Shown in pieces: positions 14,786-29,678 of a stretch of DNA of 64,000 nt. Each line of letters begins with the position of its first letter. Positions within the stretch are counted from its first letter, which is position 1. This DNA is from Octopus vulgaris (lineage: Eukaryota), in NCBI GenBank assembly GCA_951406725.2, contig OX597819.1:19654001-19718000 (forward strand), written 5' to 3'. The translations under genes were made by a program, and so were the position numbers. The notes beneath the pieces are model-generated. The model worked only from the letters and a program-made list of their open reading frames with translations. It had not been told where the DNA came from and made no database searches.

Positions 14786-15599
14786 AAATTTTATGCATAC
14801 TTATGTATATGTGTAAGCATGTATGTATATATATATATATATGCATAAAATAGGCTTGTTTGTTTTTCCGACGACCAAATAATTTCAACTACCCTTTGTC
14901 GTCGCGGTTCCAGTTATGTTCAAAACCACATAGCTACCTTGTTCCTGTATCGTAATTTTTCTTCACTGAGACAAGGAGAACGTCATTGCCTGCCTGGTAG
15001 TAATGGTCGTAGATAATCTATACCAGATTGATCTAAATTCCAAGAATCATCAGAAGAGTAGCGTAATAAAAAAGATAATAGTGTGCAGAAGTGGATTAAC
15101 GAAGCGATCCTCTCAACTGAAACCCTTTCTATATTTGTAACGATGAGGAGTGAATCGTGGATGAATAAGAGTGTCAGATATTTGCAGTGTATTGAGAATG
15201 AAAGGAACTTAATTTTGCGGCAAACAAATGTGTGCAAACCATACGGAACGAAATAAAAATCGCAAGACAGGGAGTTCCTAACGTAAACAACGAGCGACCT
15301 GCCTCTTCATTAAAAGCTTTGTGTCTATAAAACAATTCAATCTTTTACTTGAAATTCGGTAGAAAATCTTGTTTTATGTATCTGCACTCGAGATTTTCTT
15401 CAAGAAAACCTTCTGTCTTCAGGTCGAAAGGATCTGTAAATTTACGTCTTAAAATTTTAATAAGTTTTTGGCAACGTTCCGTGTTAAAGAAATGAATATG
15501 GTGACAAGTCTGAATTTTTAAATTACACGTAATTGTAGCCGTCGATGGACTTGTAGTAAACAGCAATGACCAAGAACGATTATTTGTGGAGCAATTTTG

Positions 15600-16020
15600 T
15601 CTATGCTATTGAAAGAAAGAAATCTAAATAATATGGTCTTGAAAAAAAAAGCTTCTTAATATCAATGGTGTATGAGACGAAATATAAGCCAAGAATATGA
15701 AACCAGTGGAGAGACGTAGAATTCATTCTTGCCGAAATAATTATTCTAGATGAAGACAGAAGTTTCTCGGTGTACATATGAGAATATCAAGAACACATGA
15801 CTGTCATGTACGAGAATTATTTCGACTCTCCTGCATTGAAGCTCAGTGATGGAATGGTGGAATGATGGCAGAAAGCGAACAGATGAACCGAAGACACAAA
15901 CGAAAAGAAAATGCCAATTAAGATGTCAGTGAATTTTTCGAATCTTTCGATGGTGAGCATATAAAAATGGAAGCAGATTATAGAGACGGTGATGCAATCA
16001 TAAGACAAGTTAATAAAGCA
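15600..16020 (+). pseudogene. Possible RTE-like LINE 3' relic
   Basis: Weak, frame-broken resemblance to the RTE C-terminus (CMRRNI..W; G.R..RP; WKQ). Confidence 0.25.
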
Positions 16021-17149
16021 GTCATCTGCTATGTTTCCATGTATCAATAGAAGAAATTACAATAATCGACAAAAAAAAATAGAAACGAAAAAACAAGAAA
16101 AAATAACACATCAGGAATATTACAAAAAACATGAATACATTTAATTTTCCTCCCGTATATGCTGATGTAAGCTAATCATTTGTAAAGCATAAGAACGCGT
16201 CTAATTCGCTTATATATTTCTTTGTTATAATTTGCATAAGATTTTTTTCGAAATTTTGAAAATTTACTTATTTTTGTTATCTCGATATTTGTCGGTAAAT
16301 TTACAAGCACTTTTGAGATGATCATCTGAAAGTCATTGCGTAATGTAATCTAGATAATCCTGTATAGACACTTGTACGCAAACGGTGACAAATAAATATC
16401 ATATAACGAACAAATCTCTTTTATGCATACATACAAACAGGATGAGGACAAATATCCGTCAAATGTAAATAAATATTATTTGGTTTATGATCATAGAAAC
16501 CGAACCATTATGTGTTAAATTGTCATGACAGGAACACACACGCTTCAATATTTTCAGAATTAGTAGAATACTTTAAAAGATTTCGATCCCTCTTACACTA
16601 GAATTATAGAAGATGTGTTTTTTATATAAAGAACATTTATTTGTTCAATCTAAAACTAAGGATCGATCGGCACGTCATTTCAGCTTTTGACAGTCCAAGT
16701 TACCTCTTTCTCCTCTCAAATGATATCTTAAATGTACAAGTCAAGTAATAGGCACAATTACACCTCTTCCATTCTCTCTGCCTTTCTTTCTCTTTTACCT
16801 TCTCTCCTCTTTTCCTCCTCTTCTTTCCCTCTGACACAACCAATTATCTACGAACTTCTTCATTCTCTAGAAATCACATCAGTTTCCCTTTTCTTGTTTT
16901 CTAAAACCATGCTTTGGGGGAGGGGTTAGAAACAAACATTTCCCAAGAAACACCGAATATCACGACGGTGCATGTACGTCTGAACAAGATAAGTAAGCTA
17001 GTACCTGGTTGTTATTATTATGATCCCTTCATAATCCCTTCTATGAGACTTATCTTTCAGCAACCTGTACACATCACTAGTATGCGAATAGAGGCTCACG
17101 TGATTGTTCTATAAATCCATCGATCATCGTGTACTTCTGGAGTGATGAG

Positions 17150-17370
17150 GCTCCTCGAATATTTTCAAAGTTGCGCCCTGTTAACTTAGAATACGTGTTT
17201 AGCGACTAACTCGCCAGGCAGACTCCCTTAGGCACTCGAACAAGACAGGCAACTTTGGTCATTCCCACATGACATACCACATCTAGCCTTCAACAACACG
17301 CACTGTGGTTCACTCCTTCCAGGTTAACACTGTGCAGGGATAATTGTATCTGCAGTTTTCCTTTCTTAAT
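17150..17370 (-). pseudogene. Possible CR1-like RT relic
   Basis: GKL...QCV..EG...VRVPKGVCLAS*SLNTY resembles the GVPQGSVLGPLLFNIY region. Confidence 0.33.
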
Positions 17371-17760
17371 ATCCAACTGTTAGTAAATTGTATCGATAAA
17401 TATAAACCGTAGACCACATGACAGGGTCTTCGTGCACATACACCAACTCCTATAAACACAACAAAAACATGAAATACGAATAGATATTATATACAAACAA
17501 ATGCCAGCAACGATATCTGGGTTTATAAGTTTCTGACAAAAGTCGTTAAATTCCTCGTGTTATATGCAAGGCAAAATGTATGCAGAGCACTGGAGTGCGA
17601 TATTTTGGTTTATAGGCTCCCGAATCAAGGAAATTCGACAATGATATCGTTGTAACCGGAAGATAAATAAACATCAGAAAGTTTGTCTCTCGGTACTTCA
17701 GTAATTCACACAAATCCAATGATATTTGTCAATAGAATAGTCTAGATAATTAACAGGGTA

Positions 17761-18052
17761 TATTGCTGGAAGGAGCTCTTGTTCAACCCACCGCCTGCAC
17801 AAGGCTGGCAATTCGTATGTGGAAGCTTGAAGGAAAAAATGCAACTTTAACGACGGCAGGATTCGAACTCAGCAGACAGTGGTAGATAATGATGTATCAC
17901 CAGATATATTGCTGGAAGGAGCTCTTGTTCAACCCACCACCTGCACAAGGCTGGCAATTCGTGTGTGGAAGCCCGAAGGAAAAAATGCAACTTTAACGTC
18001 GGTAGGATTCGAACTCAGCAGACAGTGGTAGATAATGATGTATCACCAGATA
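17761..18052 (+). repeat. Tandem duplication, 2 x 146 bp, containing a decayed SINE fragment
   Basis: tattgctggaaggagctc...gtatcaccagata repeated at 17761 and 17907 with few substitutions. Confidence 0.92.
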
Positions 18053-18447
18053 TTTCTTCCCATGCGCTGCCGATTCTCCCGTTCACCAGACAGTATGTTC
18101 GCAATATCGATAAAGCAACAGTAAATTGCGGAAGAATTACACTTAATGCAACAATAAACATCATTAGTGTAACTCTGGTTGATTGTTCGCTACCCCTGGA
18201 TAGAAACTAGTCATAGCTTTAACGAAAAGTGCTCATCGATATAGTTATTTCCCATTTACGTTTAAACCCTGTAGAAAGCACGCATACATATTTACACTCA
18301 TATACACAAGAACGTAATTATTCGCACGGGGTATACACACATGCACACATATATACACATACACACAACCATAAACATAATAAATATGTATACACATAAT
18401 CATATAAATGTACATGTATTGATAGAGATATGTACATATAATCACAT

Positions 18448-18488
<41 letters not shown>

Positions 18489-18594
18489 CATATATATATA
18501 CACATATATATACATATATTTATATACTTATATATAAGTACATAGAAAATATGTATATATATATATATATATATTTATATATAAGTACATAGGA

Positions 18595-18644
<50 letters not shown>

Positions 18645-18677
18645 GTATATAGAAACATATGTGTATATGTAGATGTG

Positions 18678-18708
<31 letters not shown>

Positions 18709-19110
18709 AAATCCTAACATTAATGCACTTGCATGCTTATATATACGAGTGTATTCGTGTGTGTATGTGTGCATGTATTTATCGATTAACATCTTTCCAT
18801 GCTGACATATTGCAAATTTTGAAATCCATGTCTTTATATTGTCCTCATAATTTAATCACATTATTTCAAAAACGATGTTCTTTCGTAACTATCATGGATT
18901 CTACCTTTCCTTCGACTCTGTAATATCTCTTAAGTTTTCGGTTCATAAACACTATGTTAATCCAAGAAAACCAGAAATAATAAGTTGCATATACATAGAT
19001 ACATAGAATCATACATACATATATACATACATACATATATATATATATTTAAATATATATATATGCGTGTATACATATATATATATATATAATAATATAT
19101 AAATACATAT

Positions 19111-19202
<92 letters not shown>

Positions 19203-19569
19203 CATATATATACTCACACATATACTTTACTCGTTGTAATGTAATTTGTTTCCTGTAGTTATATTCCCTGCAATGTCGCCCTCTTGACGATTTTATATTG
19301 TTGATGTGAGATTGGAAAGCTTCCACCCTCCTATAAATATTCGTTTTCCGTGTGAGATTTTGTGTTTAAACATGAAGCAGAATTATAAAAAGGCGACCCT
19401 TTTTTTCCATGTGTTTAGTCCTCAAAAACTTTGTGATGCGGTTTTCTTGTTTCTTTATAAATTGAGAATTTAGTAAATATTGTGTGAATATGTGAAGCAA
19501 TAACAACACTAATAATCACTACAACAGGAACACCAATGAAACAAGAAAAAATACATGACTCTCCATCTG

Positions 19570-19864
19570 TGACGAATATGAGGGTTCCAGTTGATACGAT
19601 CATCAGGAGAGACTGCTCGTGAAAGCAATGTGCAAGTGGCTGAGTACTCCACAGACAATCGTACTCTTATCGTAGTCCTTAGGGAGATTTAGAGTGATAC
19701 AGAATATGATGAGACTTGCCTTTTGAAATACGGGCAAAAATCATTATTACTAGCGGAGTAGACTGCGGAACAAAGTGTCTTGTTTCAATGCACTTCCACT
19801 GATCGAACTCACGATCGTACGACCTTTAGCCATATACAATAGTCATTTGGCCACGCGACTTCAC
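19570..19864 (-). mobile_element. SINE family B, tail type 1, decayed
   Basis: gagggttccagttgatacgatca..tgctcgtgaaa..tgtgcaagtggctgagtactccacagac matches 14055-14135. Confidence 0.75.
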
Positions 19865-19929
19865 CGTAGCCACATTAGTGATAAGAACCTTGAAACAACG
19901 GCAGCCATGATGTACATGTGTGTTGCAAG

Positions 19930-20300
19930 GGATAAATGATTGGTTAGGAGCTTTCCTGATTTCATCTCCAGCATCTTCAACTCTTCTCTGTCCACTTCAG
20001 GATTCCAACGCCATACCGATCTACTGAGACTGAGCGCGATTTTATTGCAGGAATTTAGTTTCTGGCATCCATCTTTGTAGCTAATATTTTTCTTAGTAAC
20101 CTCAGCTACTATTTTTTTCTCTTTTCTTTCTTTCGATGTATTTAATTCCATCTGCTTGAAGTATTCCCTGTATTTAGGTTGAATTGTTTTCATCATTTCA
20201 CCACTTGGCATAAATATACCTTCCCTCGTCTCATCGCCATTTCAGCACATTTTAAAAGTCCAAACTCTATATTGATATCATTCGAGAAAGCATGCACTGC
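19930..20300 (-). pseudogene. R4/Dong-like RT relic
   Basis: VHAFSNDINIEFGLLKCAEMAMRRGK (cf. FSxDIGMEFGLDKCA), then KLNSCNKI...EELKMLEMKSGKLLT. Confidence 0.78.
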
Positions 20301-20720
20301 GAAGACACCTTCATTTGCTATAAAAATCTCATCTCTTTTTTAAAGTTCCAATTGGGAAGGTTAGTGAGGATGGAAAAGGAAGAGTTACCTACAACGGAGT
20401 TTGTAAAAGTATAAGACCTTGTAATAAAAATGGTTCAAGTGCATGTCCCTACTCTAAGTAAGAAGTTGTAGATTGGAAAGCAGGAAAGAGAGAGGGTTCG
20501 AATATCTGGTGCTCAGGTTAATGTTGGATCTGTGAGATTCTTTGATTAGTTCCAGTTGCAGTTTGTCCTATAGCAGAAGGACTTTCTTCATTCGTCTTAT
20601 CACACACTTCGTATACAAAAGGTATCTCTATGGCATTTCAGTGACTTTGCCATTCTTTTCTCCGCATACTTTATTGTAATTTCACCCTCAGCAATGCTCC
20701 TGTCGCTTTCGAAAGAAATA

Positions 20721-20809
<89 letters not shown>

Positions 20810-21051
20810 CACCACAACCACCACAACCACGACCACTACTACTACTACCCCACCACCACCACCACCATCACTACAACTACTACCACTACTAATACTGTTG
20901 CTGCTACTGCTGCTGCTAATACTTCTGCAACTCCTCTGCCTTCTCCTCCTGCTCCTCCTGCTGCTCCTGATCTTTCCCCCTCCGCCTCCTCCTCTTCTTC
21001 CTCCTACTACTACTATCACTACTACTACTACTGCTTCTGCTGCTGCTGCTG

Positions 21052-21111
<60 letters not shown>

Positions 21112-22127
21112 GTATTAATTGTAGCTGTCATATATTCTCTGATTCTTCGCTTTGATGGATAGCTTAAACTCATCGCGGTCTTAATCAAGCCATTTTCTTA
21201 CCAAAGATGTTTTATCAGTATAAATAACTTATTTCGCCGGATAAAACAACACATCTAGAATTTTCCTTTCATGCTAAAATTCTTAGAGCTTGATTCGATT
21301 CTGAGATGGCTGCAATAACAATCAGATCCACAGAACCGGTAAAAGCTCTTTCCGTCCTACACAATATATTGTTATTCAGTGTTGATGTTATTTGGTTTCA
21401 TCTCTGGTATCCTGATTGAGCAACCAAGCCATAGAAATGGCAATCTTGTGTTGCACACGGGATAGGGTATTCTTGTATTCCGAGGACTTTATTCGTGAAC
21501 ACCTCTTCTCATATTTCAAACTTTCACAGTGGCGTACATAAAAAAACCCGGCTACCGATTCAATCGAGTTGAACGAAACAGAGCCGCCATAATAGCTTAT
21601 AAATATTACATATTTGTTTAATCACCCACAAGTTTATATTTGTTATCCTATCAGTAACGAGTAATGAATGATAGAATGGATCCTGCTATGTCGTAACGTC
21701 TGAATAGCGTGACACAAAGATATAACCTGTAAATGAACAAAACCGTCTGATATTTATGTTCGGCATCTCATACCAGGCACACTTGTTCAACTCCATTACA
21801 CGATGAATTAGTAACGATAAGACGTGCGTATAAATATGTGTATGTATATATTTGTTTGTGAGTGTGTGTATGTATGTATGTATATATGCACATACACCCA
21901 CACACCCACACACACACACACACACAGAGACATATAGGTACCTACTTTAAAGGTATTTGTTTACAACAGTAAAAACAGTAAATCATCCAGTTCTGTGAAT
22001 ATGACCATTGTGACAAAAGTCGATGCTAATATACCCGGTATTTTATCAACAAGATATACGTGCGCATCGAGGTAAATGGGATGTAGTGGGTGTATGTTAT
22101 GCCTGGATATACATATATGTATATGTA

Positions 22128-22173
<46 letters not shown>

Positions 22174-22515
22174 TACATGTTTATGTATATATTTCTTTGT
22201 CTGTCTGACACTCTCGCTCTCTCTTTCTCTCTCTCTCTCTCTCAATTACTTTGTATATATATGCGCAATCTCACATATGTTTACTCACACGTTTGAGATT
22301 TCTCAGGCTCCGGAGGAGTTCGGTGGTAGCATAATTAATTAATTATCACCATTTGTTATATAATTAAATATGAATGCAGATTTGAATATGTGACAACATT
22401 AATATTGCTGCGCTGTCCTTTGTTAATGGTCTCGCCGTTGCATGTGGTAATGATAGCGCAGACATATGGCTTACTTAAACATACTACCGCTACACACATG
22501 AATACATAAATATAA

Positions 22516-22559
<44 letters not shown>

Positions 22560-22696
22560 GTGTGTGTGTGTCTGTGTGTCTGTGTGTGTGTCTGTATGTG
22601 TGTCTGTGTGTGTGCGTGTTTGTATATATATATATATGTGTGTTTGTATATATGTATGTATATATTTGTTATGTATTTATATGTGTGTGCGTTTGT

Positions 22697-22955
22697 GTGG
22701 AAGCGCGTGGTTTAGTGGTTAGGGTGTCAGCATCATGATTGTAAGATTGTGGTTTCGATTCTTGGACTGGGCGACGCGTTGTGTTCTTGAGAAAAACACT
22801 TCATTTCACGTTGCTCCAGTCCACTCAGCTGGCAGAAATGAGTAACGCTGTGATGGACTGGTGTCCCGTCCAGCTAGGGAACACATACGCCATAGAAACC
22901 GAAACCGGGAAACCGGGTCCATGAGCCTGGCTATGCTTTAAAAAGGCATTTATTT
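22697..22955 (+). mobile_element. tRNA-derived SINE, family B, tail type 2 (decayed relatives at 48825-49005 + and 335-549 -)
   Basis: gtggaagcgcgTGGTTTAGTGGttaggg..GTTTCGATTC..gttgctccagtccactcagctggc, followed by gatggactggtgtcccgtccag. Confidence 0.85.
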
Positions 22956-22961
22956 ATTTTT

Positions 22962-23004
<43 letters not shown>

Positions 23005-23897
23005 CATCTATCTACAACGTAACTATATACACGGATCTTGTGTATGTGCGTCTATGAATTTTATGTGTGCGTTTCGAATAGCATACGCATACGACATAGA
23101 TGAGAGAATGCTGCAGAGTGTTTACACACATTTACAACCATTCTACAATTCTACTTGTACGAACAACCCGACACATATATTGCTAACGTTAATCTTGTTT
23201 TCCAGTGTCTTTCTTCCACAAACCTCAGCCCAACTATGGGTCGAGTTCTTTGTTTTTTTCCTTCTTTAGGAACACTTCTTCAAAACAATTGTTTGGAAAC
23301 AAGTCTTTTGTTTGGGAAACACTTGTTTCAATAAATAATTATGTCCACGATAGTGGGAGTTTTATAACACATCCAGCATGATGTTTTGATTTGGATGTTA
23401 TAAAGTTGTCCAATTTTTCTTATCGCAGAAATCCTTGAATAAAACATTCCCATCCCAGACAAAAACACTGCTCAACTCACCATTTGCTATATATTTAAGA
23501 AAAAAGCTGCCCTATAAAAATCTTGTCCATCGAAAATGACGACGATGGCATGAACACTATCAACTACAATATTGACCACCAGGCAACAGCGAACGCCTCG
23601 TATACTCTATCTACGGAATCCAACTTATGCTGCAATATTGTAAGAGCAGTGATAGGAAATTTGGCGGTGAGGTTTGCTTGTATGGATGAACCGGCGTATT
23701 GGCCATTGCGCAAAACGAAGGAGAGTGCCTCGTGTTCATTTCATGAATCATGATCTTGCGTACAGTATTTGATGTCGATTGGGATGGGGGTGAGAAATAT
23801 ACTGCTTGTAGGGGTGGTGGAATGTTTGAGGAAAATTAAGAATACAACAAAAATCAATAAAATGAGAAAATGTATTTAGATATGAATTAAAACAATA

Positions 23898-24105
23898 GGA
23901 ATGGCGGCGAGCTGGCAGTAATTTGTCTGCCGCTACGTTCTGAGTTCAAATTCCGCCGAGGTCGACTTTACCTTTCATCCTTTCGGGGTCGATAAATTAA
24001 GTACCAGTTACGCACTGGGGTCGATGTAATCGACTTAATCCGTTTGTCTGTCCTTGTTTGTGCCCTCTGTGTTTAGCCCCCTGTTGGCAATAACGAAATA
24101 TAAAT
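23898..24105 (+). mobile_element. SINE family A, head internally deleted
   Basis: ggcggcgagctggcag..ctgagttcaaattccgccgaggtcgactttacctttcatcctttcggggtcgataaattaagtaccag. Confidence 0.85.
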
Positions 24106-24711
24106 AAAACAACAATAACAGCCATGGTAGCAACTAGACACACCGGCGACAATATAAGCAAAAAAGAAACTGGAACCAAACCAAAATATGTACCTTGAAA
24201 ACCATAATGAACGAAGATAATATTATCATCGAAAAGAAGACACCACTGAAACACCTGATATTATTCTAATAATTCCCTTATTCTCAGTACATATTCGAAT
24301 GTTCCCCAATTACATCATGTTGTATTGTTGGAGTCAAAGCTTGATAAAAGACAAAAATGCTTTCTTTTACTGAATAATGGCTGGTTTGACGGAGAGGCAG
24401 AATAGCCAGGAGTCGTTCGACCGCCTCAGTAAAACTAACTTCAACATCAACGTAAATAAACATAAGGTACTTTGAATTCAAGAATGCTATGTAGATGGTG
24501 TTTCTTATTGTCATTTTCGAGAACTCAGAAATTAATGCAGACGACTGGGAATATGAAACTTTAGACAAATTACATTCGTCAAATTCTTCCGCACTAACCT
24601 TTATCTGATTCACTAGCTTACTAACTCCACTGTTTCTCTGCTGCTTAACCAATGAGGCCCTTCTCACAAAGTATACGTGTATACATATATACATACATAT
24701 ATACATACATA

Positions 24712-24778
<67 letters not shown>

Positions 24779-24845
24779 TGCATATATATATATACATGCA
24801 TATATATATGCATATATATATGTATATATATATATATATATATGC

Positions 24846-24896
<51 letters not shown>

Positions 24897-25081
24897 TATA
24901 CATATACTAACACACACATACACACACATATATATATTAATATATTAGCTACAAATATAAAGGAGATTGGAAGATAGATTGCTATACAGATATATAAATA
25001 TTAATATACATATATATACACAGACACGTATATATTATATACATAAATATATATATATATACTTATATACACGCACACACA

Positions 25082-25161
<80 letters not shown>

Positions 25162-25224
25162 AATCCATTAGATCTGTATTAAGTTATTCTGTTTTTATCT
25201 GATTCTGTTAAATTAAATCGGGAT

Positions 25225-25295
25225 AAATATTTCTGACAACACGGAGTGCAATATCTTTGTACACGTTACTACAAAGCGATCGAAATAGAAAGTTT
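25225..25295 (+). pseudogene. Possible mariner transposase C-terminal scrap
   Basis: YF*QHGVQYLCTRYYKAIEIE resembles FYxxGIxxLxxRWxKCIE. Confidence 0.35.
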
Positions 25296-25613
25296 GTTTA
25301 ATGATATTGGCAATTTACCAGACGTTTTTGAAATTTAAAATACAGAAATCTACCAGATCGGGACGGTGTTGGCGGTTGACTATTGTAAGTATATACGATA
25401 GTACTGTTTGCCTCTTGCAAAATCGATATTACTCTACTCATAACCATTGACTCGAGTTCTCGCAAAACTCTATCCCTCAGACACCCACACGTTTAAAGAA
25501 AAGTAGAAAGAAAAATTACAAGTATAAGAGGTATATTGAATATCTGTATATATTTCCATAAATTCACCTGCAGAAGCCAAACATCTATACTCAGGTATAG
25601 TGACGCTTAATTA

Positions 25614-25679
<66 letters not shown>

Positions 25680-25835
25680 CACATAGCCATATACATGCAC
25701 GCGCACACCCATACAAACACACCCATACAAACACACGCATTCTCTCCTGATGACCCCATACACTTGCTAGCTTCCGATATACGGAGCTTTTAACTGGTAG
25801 CACTTGCATGTGCAAGTTGTTTGCAAGACATCATA

Positions 25836-26138
25836 TATGAGGGTGACGTGAAAATTTTATAGACAGGCTATGAAAGAGTGAAGCCACATATGTGAAATAT
25901 ACTCCCATCTGAATGTTCAAAGAAGAAATCAAATATAGGTTGTTGTAAATTCTCTTGAAAATGGAGAACATTTAGCATCGTGGTGCTAACAATTACCTGC
26001 AGAAACAGCATTTGGGTCACAAAGATATGCTACCTTAAGGCTAACGTTCCAGCTGTATCAACAGTGCAGGAGTGAAGGGAAGAATGTAGGGGCTGAAGAG
26101 AGAGCCTTCAAGATGACTCAAGATCTGGACGTCCTGCA
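25836..26138 (+). pseudogene. Mariner relic: TIR-like start and N-terminal transposase
   Basis: tatgagggtgacgtgaaaattt start; MENI*HRGANNYLQKQHL...STVQE*...ESLQDDSRSGRP. Confidence 0.75.
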
Positions 26139-26302
26139 TTGTGTTCGACGTCTTTTTGGTGTCCTGTACCCAAAATACATTTATATATACATGGAGATGT
26201 AGGTAAGTACATATATGTATGTATATATGGATATGTTTTATTTATTAATTTGTTATTATATTACGGAACGCACGCATCCATTTCTAAGTAAGGTTTTTCT
26301 TA

Positions 26303-26349
<47 letters not shown>

Positions 26350-26472
26350 ATAATAATAATAATAAGGGTAAATAATTTTTTGGATGGTTTTTCAGACAAC
26401 CAACAATTATTTACCGGTAGATTTCGGTATGTAAATATGACCTTTAGCGATGGGAACTTCTGTGGAGTTCAG

Positions 26473-26830
26473 TATATATAGTATATAAGTAGAAGGGCAG
26501 GCAACAGGTTGCTTTGCCGCATACCGAAAGAATTAGAAATAGCAGTCAGAGACTGTTTATTTCCATTTTCTACAAGTGGGGGCTCCATACACGACATAAC
26601 CCTGCAATACACATATGTAAAATCGGAGGAATAAATAAACGAAAACAATGCCTTACCGTTAATAGCGAATATTCCTCCTATTTTGCATATGTGTATTGCA
26701 GGGTTATGTCGTATATGGAGTCCCCACTTGTAGAAAATGGAAATAAACTGTCTCTGACTGCTATTTCTAATTCTTTCGGTATGCGGCAAAGCAACCTGTT
26801 GCCTGCCCTTCTACTTATATACTATATATA
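26473..26830. repeat. Foldback element: 161-bp inverted arms (26473-26633, 26670-26830) with a 36-bp loop and TA-repeat ends
   Basis: The arms are near-perfect reverse complements, which explains the mirror ORFs MPHTERIRNSSQR on both strands. Confidence 0.92.
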
Positions 26831-27599
26831 TATATATATATACACAGACGCATGTACAGGCACTCACACATATATATAAATATATGGTGGGGTGGTTAAT
26901 GTGTATCTCAATATAGTGTGTCGGTATATGTGTGTGATTGAGTGTATGTATATTTTTGTAGTAGCGTTCCGGTTATTATGTAGGTTTCTGTTTCAGTTCG
27001 AATCTGCGGTTAATTTGAAGAAGACGATCATGTTTCGAGGATGGAAAACAGGAGACACGTTTTGGTGATAGAGCACCAACATATGTTGGAGCAGCATGAC
27101 TGATAATTGAATACAATACTTTATTTCAACCTATAAACAATTAAGAATTAAATGGAATCATTTTTCCTTTATTAATATATCTGTGACAAATTTTCTGAAA
27201 TATATAAGTATTATACGAATTTATACGGTCATATTGATCTGCGATGTTTCATGCTCAACTTCTGTATTTAATCCAAATCGATAAAGAACTATCAAAGACC
27301 TTCCTAATATTTCAACTATCTCTTTTACGTGCAACTAGTACAACATTATGAAGTGATAGACAATAGTCATCGTTATTATATATAGAATTTAATCTGAATG
27401 AAATTTCATTGGTGTTTTTATCAGGCGCAATAACGGAGCAGTTTCTCCTGCACGGTCTGACGTAAGCTCAACCCGCTTCTCTCGATTAACCAAAATAAGC
27501 AATAAATATTTCACAGTGAAACCAAGAAGGATACTAACTCATACATCGCGCAGATGGTACCCAATTCGCGGTCACTGTTTATCTATGGAGAATATTATA

Positions 27600-27900
27600 T
27601 AACATCTACGTCAAAAAGTGCGATACCTTATGGGTAGGCTGTTGCACACAAGCCCGTGGATGGGTTTCAACGATTGGGCTTTGCTCGTGTTTTGGGGCCA
27701 AACCTTTTATTTCACATCGTAACTTTGATACGGACTGGCGTCTCATTTCAAAGGGATGTTATGCCCCATGTAGGATGAGAAACCGGCAATATGATTCTTT
27801 GCATACGGGACAATATCTAACGTAATATATAAATTTTACTAAAACAGTTGTTGAAGTCTTGTATTTTCAAGAAGCTATAGTAAGCAATGAGCGTGATATG
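27600..27900 (-). pseudogene. Possible Helitron PIF1-helicase C-terminal relic
   Basis: Fragments MQRIIL, HPFEMRRQ and TSKAQSLKPIHGL occur in the order expected for IPRI..PF..RRQFP..TINKSQGQSL..GL. Confidence 0.42.
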
Positions 27901-28645
27901 ACTGTTAATTCCATGAGAAAGAGCCATCACCAAGAATCCATGTTCTCCTTCATGTAAGACCGCTCTGAATATAGCAATCACTTCTCAAATATCATGCACA
28001 ATGTTACAGGGAAAATCGAATTGACAAAGGTGAATATTGGCTTGTCGTCGTTCTCCTTTCCATAAAGGAATTTGAACAGGCATCAATCGTGATATGACGT
28101 ATCACGCTGTTGTCATACATATAGCAAGGATGTTTTCTTCTTCTTCTTCTTCTTCTTCTTCTTCTTCTTCTTCTTCTTCTTCTTCTTCTTCTTCTTCTTC
28201 TTCTCCTCCTCCTCCTCCTCCTTCTTCTTCTCCTTCTTCTTTTTCTTCTCCTTCTTCTTTTTCTTCTTCTCTTCTTCTTCTTCTTCTTCTTCTTCTTCTT
28301 CTTCTTCTTTCTTCTTCTACTTTTTCTTCTTTCTTCTTCCTCTTCTACTTATTCTTCTATTTTCTTCTTCTTCTTCTCCTCCTTCGTCTTTTTCTTTTTC
28401 TTCTTCTTCTTCTTCTTCTTCTTCTAGTACTTTTTCTTCTTTCTTCTTCCATTTTCTTCTTCTTCTACTTCTTCTTCTACTTTTTCTTCTTTCTTCTTCT
28501 TCTTCTTCTTCGCCTTTTCCTCCTCCACCACCACCTCATCTTCCATTTTCTTCTTCGTCTTCGTTTTCTTCTTTTTCTTCGTCTTCTTTTTCTTCGTCTT
28601 CTTTTTCCTCTCCCTTCCTACAACTGCTGCTGCTACTGCGGCTGT

Positions 28646-28726
<81 letters not shown>

Positions 28727-29020
28727 CACCAAGAATACTACTACTGCTACTATCACCACCACCACCACCACAACCAAGACCAAAAACAACAATAATAAAC
28801 ATAGAGATGGCATTAATAAGTTATCTGCAAAAAGATCCAGATTACTTTTAAGTAAAAGATGAGAATGACGAAGATAATATCAATAAAATCATTAAATATT
28901 ATTATCATCGCTATAATTATTATTGTTAATATTATTATCACCATCATCATCATCATTATTATTATTATTAGTGCTATTATCATCATCATCATCATTATCA
29001 TGTATCATCATCATATTCAT

Positions 29021-29085
<65 letters not shown>

Positions 29086-29633
29086 TTGCTACTACTACTC
29101 GTATTGCTTCAATTATATTATTCCTATTTACTACTACTACCGCTACTTTAAGACCATTGTCAAAATCAATAGCATCGTCATTAATATGGCTAATTAATAT
29201 TTCATTAAAGAATGAAATTAATTGCATTCTTTAGGAAAAAAAGTACTGAAAAGAATTGCAGAATAAAAATGAAAAATTAATATTAGTTCCAGTGAAAATG
29301 CAAATGAAAAATAAAAATAAAAGCAAAAAGATATTTTTGAAAATATACAGCAAATGTATAAATTTTCGAACTTTGCAAACGTCATAATTCTTATTGAGTA
29401 GATTATAAAGAAAGAAAAGCAGAATTATTACAAAATCTTTAGAAGCTAAATCTCATCGAAAGCAAACATTCGACATTATATATATATATATATATATATA
29501 TTAATAAAAAGAATTCCAACCTTGTCTGATTTTCACGTTTTATTTACAATCTTATAATGATATATTATAAGATAATATATTATAATTGAATAAAATAAAA
29601 TGAAATAGTAGAATGTTAAATATTCATTCTGAT

Positions 29634-29678
29634 TGAACTAGTACTTTCATGCATTGAATTCTGCAATCTTCGGGTTCA
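29634..29678 (-). ncRNA. Minimal hammerhead ribozyme, left-arm copy
   Basis: Exact reverse complement of 36936-36980. Confidence 0.8.

Noticed and set aside
17761-18052. CRISPR-like or satellite array
   Set aside because: Only two adjacent units with no spacer; a simple tandem duplication.
26469-26879. Mirror ORFs MPHTERIRNSSQR on both strands
   Set aside because: By-product of the inverted repeat.
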